Below, in pieces: positions 60,455 to 64,000 of a DNA stretch of 64,000 nt (position 1 is the first letter of the stretch; every line of letters begins with the position of its first letter). Source of the DNA: Squalus acanthias (Eukaryota). A program made the position numbers and the translations under genes. The notes under the pieces were generated by a model. That model saw only the letters and a program-made list of their open reading frames with translations. It searched no databases and was not told where the DNA came from. The DNA lies in assembly GCA_030390025.1 (NCBI GenBank), contig CM059433.1, positions 12,216,001 through 12,280,000 of the forward strand, given 5' to 3'.

Positions 60455-61533
60455 GAAAAAAGAAACTGTTCAACCTCCGTCGCCTCCAGTCCAGATCCAA
60501 GGTCGTCCCATCCTCTGTCACCGAATTACAGTATGCAGACGACGCTTGCGTCTGCGCACACTCTGAGGTCGAACTCCATGCCATCGTCGATACCTTCACC
60601 GAAGCGTACGAGAGCATAGGCCTTACACTAAACATCCGTAAGGCAAAGGTCCTCTACCAGCCTGCCCCCGCCACACAGTACTGCCCCCCGATTATCAAAC
60701 TCCACGACAAGGCCTTGGACAACGTGGACCACTTTCCATACCTCGGGAGCCTACTGTCAACAAGGGCAGACGTCAATGACGAAGTCCAACACCGCCTTCA
60801 GTGTGCCAGTGCAGCCTTCGGTCACCTGAGGAAGAGAGTGTTTGAAGACCAGGACCTCAAACCCGGCACCAAGCTCATGGTCTACAGAGCAGTAGTGATA
60901 CCTGCCCTCCTGTATGCTTCAGAGACATGGACCATGTACAGCAGGCACCTTAAAGCACTGGAGAGGTACCACCAACGCTGCCTACGCAAGATCCTGCAAA
61001 TCCATTGGCAGGATAGGTGCACTAATGTCAGTGTTCTCGCTCAGGCCAACATCCCCAGCATCGAAGCTTTAACCACACTCGATCAGCTCCGATGGACGGG
61101 CCACATCATCCGCATGCCCGATACGAGACTCCCAAAACAAGTGCTCTACTCAGAGCTCCGACACGGCAAGAGAGCCCCAGGTGGGCAGAGGAAATGCTTC
61201 AAGGACACCCTCATAGCCTCCTTGAAAAAGTGCAACATCCCCACCGACACCTGGGAATCCCTGGCCCAAGACCGCACAAAGTGGAGGAGAAGCATCCGGG
61301 AAGGCGCCGAACACCTCGAGTCTCTTCGCCGGGAGCAAGCGGAAGCCAAGCGCAGGCAGCGCAAGGAGCGCACGTCAACCCAAGCACCCCACCCACCTGC
61401 CCCTTCAACCACCGTCTGCCCCACCTGTGACAGAGACTGTAGGTCCCGCATTGGACTCATCAGTCACCTGAGAACTCATTTTTAGTGTGGAAGCAAGTCA
61501 TCCTCGGTTCTGAGGGACTGCCTAAGAAGGAAG
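60455..61533 (+). mobile_element. RTE-clade LINE, 5'-truncated
   Basis: QYADD near 60530; ORF 60715-61485 with FPYLGS, LLYASETW and a C2H2-like CPTCDRDCRSRIGLISHLRTH; (AAG)n tail. Confidence 0.9.
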
Positions 61534-61861
61534 ATGCAACACACCCGTCCTTCTTCCTATGGCAATTGGAAGTGAATGGACTCTTTGGGCTGGATTTTGT
61601 CATTGGGGGCGGGCTGGGGGCGGGTCAGGTGGTCGGCAGGTCCCGCCCCCGCCTCCAATGTGAGGCGGGACAATTGAGCGATTTTGCCCCAATTGGGCAC
61701 TTGATTCCCAGCGTGTGGGAACCCCTGGCCCAATGAGTCTTTTGGTCCTGAAACTCGCCTCTGATGACCTCATCTATGCAGCTGCATTGAAGAAGCAGCC
61801 TTGGTTCTTTTTCTGCCTAACTACTTTGTTACTGAGACTTCTGAAGGATTTTGGTGCAACC

Positions 61862-63825
61862 ATGGCAAGCTCAAGGCCGAAGTGCGCTCCCCGCTTTGAT
61901 GAGGACTCCCTCCAAGCTCTGGTGGAGGGAGCAAGAGCGCATAAGGAAGTGCTGTTTCCTTCTTCTGGGACAAAAAACCTCCCCAACAGACCAAAGCTGT
62001 GTGGCTGCAAGTGGCACAGGAGGTGAATGCCATCTCAATGTGCAGCAGAACCTGGCTGCAGTGCAGAAAGAGGTTTCATGACCTTCTCCACACAGGAAAA
62101 GTGAGTATTCCATCCCCATGACCCTCAATCTGATCCCCATCGTCTCTGATCACTAGCACTCTGCTTTGTCAACCTCCTCCTCCACATCCCACTTGACCCT
62201 TACATCCCTGCACCCTTACCCATTCCCTCTCTCTGTATGTTCACATTCACTTAACTAGTCGACAATGCAGCCCTCACACTCCCTATCACTGTGATGCTAT
62301 GACAACAACTTACAAGACACAGGGAGGGCCCGTGGTCTTGGGACCTCACTTCATCTTTATGTCCTTCTAAGCATCTATGCTATGGATTCTCTACACTCAC
62401 TCCTTCATTCTCACTCAAACTCCACTTGTGTCTCTCATTGCAGGAAAAGAGAGCCCACAATAAGGGAAAGGGTGAGGACAGAAGGAGGGCCACCCTCAAT
62501 CGCCCAGCTCACCAGTGCAGAGGAGGTGGCCCTCGAGATCGTGGGAGTCGAGGAGGATGCGCAAGTGGGGGACGGACAGACGGGCGCAACAGAGCAAGCT
62601 GGTGACAGAATAGTTTTTCATCTCTCTCATTGACATTGCATGAGTGACTGATATGGATTATGATGCTTCAATGTGCATGCAACGTTTATCTCACATGTCT
62701 AACTCTTTCCTTTACTCTCCCACAGCATCATCGACAGCCCCCCTCCCCACTATACAGGAGGAACAGCCTGAGCCAGAAGACTCCTCAGAGGAAATTGCAA
62801 CCTCTGAGGGTGCAGCGTCAGCAGAATTCAGCGCACCCAGCACCAGCGCAGACACTCACACCTCGGTGGGACCTTCACGAGATAGAGTAGTGTTGTCACC
62901 TGGTGTATCACAGCTCACAAGTGAGCATCAGCAGATGGTGGAGACAGGGACTGCAGTGGAGAGTCCTCGTCGGAGGGCGCAGGACTCTCCCAGCTCGGCT
63001 CAGCTGCATGTCAACCCTATGCCTCCAGGTCCATCCAGAAGGAGAGCGGTGCTGGAACTCCAGGAACAGGTGCAGGAGTTTCTGGCAGGTTTTGTCTCCA
63101 GGGTCGCTACGAGTGTGGAGCGAATGGAGGAGTCCATCGCTAACATGAGCAGAGCCTTTGTGGAGGCATTGGCGCATGAACGCATCACCACGGAAAGGAT
63201 GGCAACCTCCGTAGAAAGGATGGCTACCTCCATGGTAAGGCTGGCTACCGTAGAGGAGAGGATGGCTACGGTAGAGGAGAGGATGGCTACGGCCATGGAG
63301 GAGCTAAGTCGCCAGGGTATGGAAAACATAGTCATTGTTCAGAATAGACTGACATCTCTTGAGGAGCGATGGTCAGCTATTGAGCAGAGAAACCAGACCT
63401 TCATGGAAGTCCTCTGGATTAGGACTTCCAGTGCAGAAACGGGTCCTCATGGCCCCCCCTGAAGTGCTGTCAAGCCACTTGCTAGCTCAGAAGTGGGGCT
63501 GACCCATGAGAGGGATGTTGGTGGCAGAGAACAAGGAAGTGGGGGCTCCTCTCCAAGCGCTCACACGACCATGCCACTGCAGAGCCCTCGGTCAGAGCCC
63601 CACCAGAGTCCTCACCCAACTGAGATCGGCGTCTCAGCCCCTGCACAGCCGCCGGAGCAGCAGACTGTTGGCGAGCCCTCACAGGCTCGCAATCCCAGAG
63701 GATGCCCACCACAGGTGTCGAGGCAGGAGCAGCAAGAAGGTGAGCAAGGGGCCTCCACATCTGCTGAAGCCACAGGGGAAGCACCACGTAGGAGCACGCG
63801 TACGAGGAAGATAAAACACAAGTAG
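61862..63825 (+). pseudogene. Three-exon Harbinger Myb/SANT-coiled-coil gene with frameshifts
   Basis: Exon 1 61862-62100 (APRFDEDSLQALVEG...WLQVAQEVN...RTWLQCRKRFHDL|gtgagt); exon 2 about 62444-62601 (EKRAHN...LTSAEE); exon 3 62726-63825 with heptads and a basic tail RRSTRTRKIKHK. Confidence 0.75.
63190..63294 (+). repeat. 21-bp tandem repeat, about 5 copies, encoding ERMATxx heptads
   Basis: Units such as GTAGAAAGGATGGCTACCTCC and GAGGAGAGGATGGCTACGGTA. Confidence 0.85.
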
Positions 63826-64000
63826 TCACAAGGGTAGTCACTTGGGTGTTCTGTTGTGTTTATTTTTGAAAAGCCATCCGTGAATTTATGTGATAAAATA
63901 ACTTGATGGCAAACTGTTGAAGTTGTGGGCTGTGTCATTTCGCAAATGGGACTTCTACATTGAGGGCTCAGGACGACTTGGAATTTTCAGTATGGTGGTC

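Larger units (their letters stand above)
61587..64000 (+). mobile_element. Harbinger element running off the window end
   Basis: Terminus GGGCTGGATTTT followed by a Myb/SANT gene. Confidence 0.7.

Overview
Vertebrate genomic DNA, most likely from a cartilaginous fish judging by its repeat families (V-SINE, Deu-domain SINE, CR1, L2, RTE, many Harbinger elements). Bases 1-39 kb hold the last six coding exons of the WD40 gene EIPR1/TSSC1 on the + strand. Its introns are full of Harbinger transposons and MITEs, LINEs and SINEs, several of them nested. A probable solo LTR lies just after the stop codon. The most striking structure is at 43.2-57.8 kb. Two full-length, young, non-identical Tx1-clade retrotransposons sit head-to-tail at exactly the same nucleotide inside a ~200-bp inverted-repeat element that resembles a Penelope-like pseudo-LTR and carries a minimal hammerhead ribozyme motif. 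Each copy is bounded by an unusually long (53 and 46 bp) duplication of the target. An empty copy of the same target element is at 11.2-11.4 kb. This points to a site-specific retrotransposon that parasitises a ribozyme-bearing retroelement. The window ends inside another Harbinger element. All calls come from reading the sequence by eye; no searches or folding programs were run.
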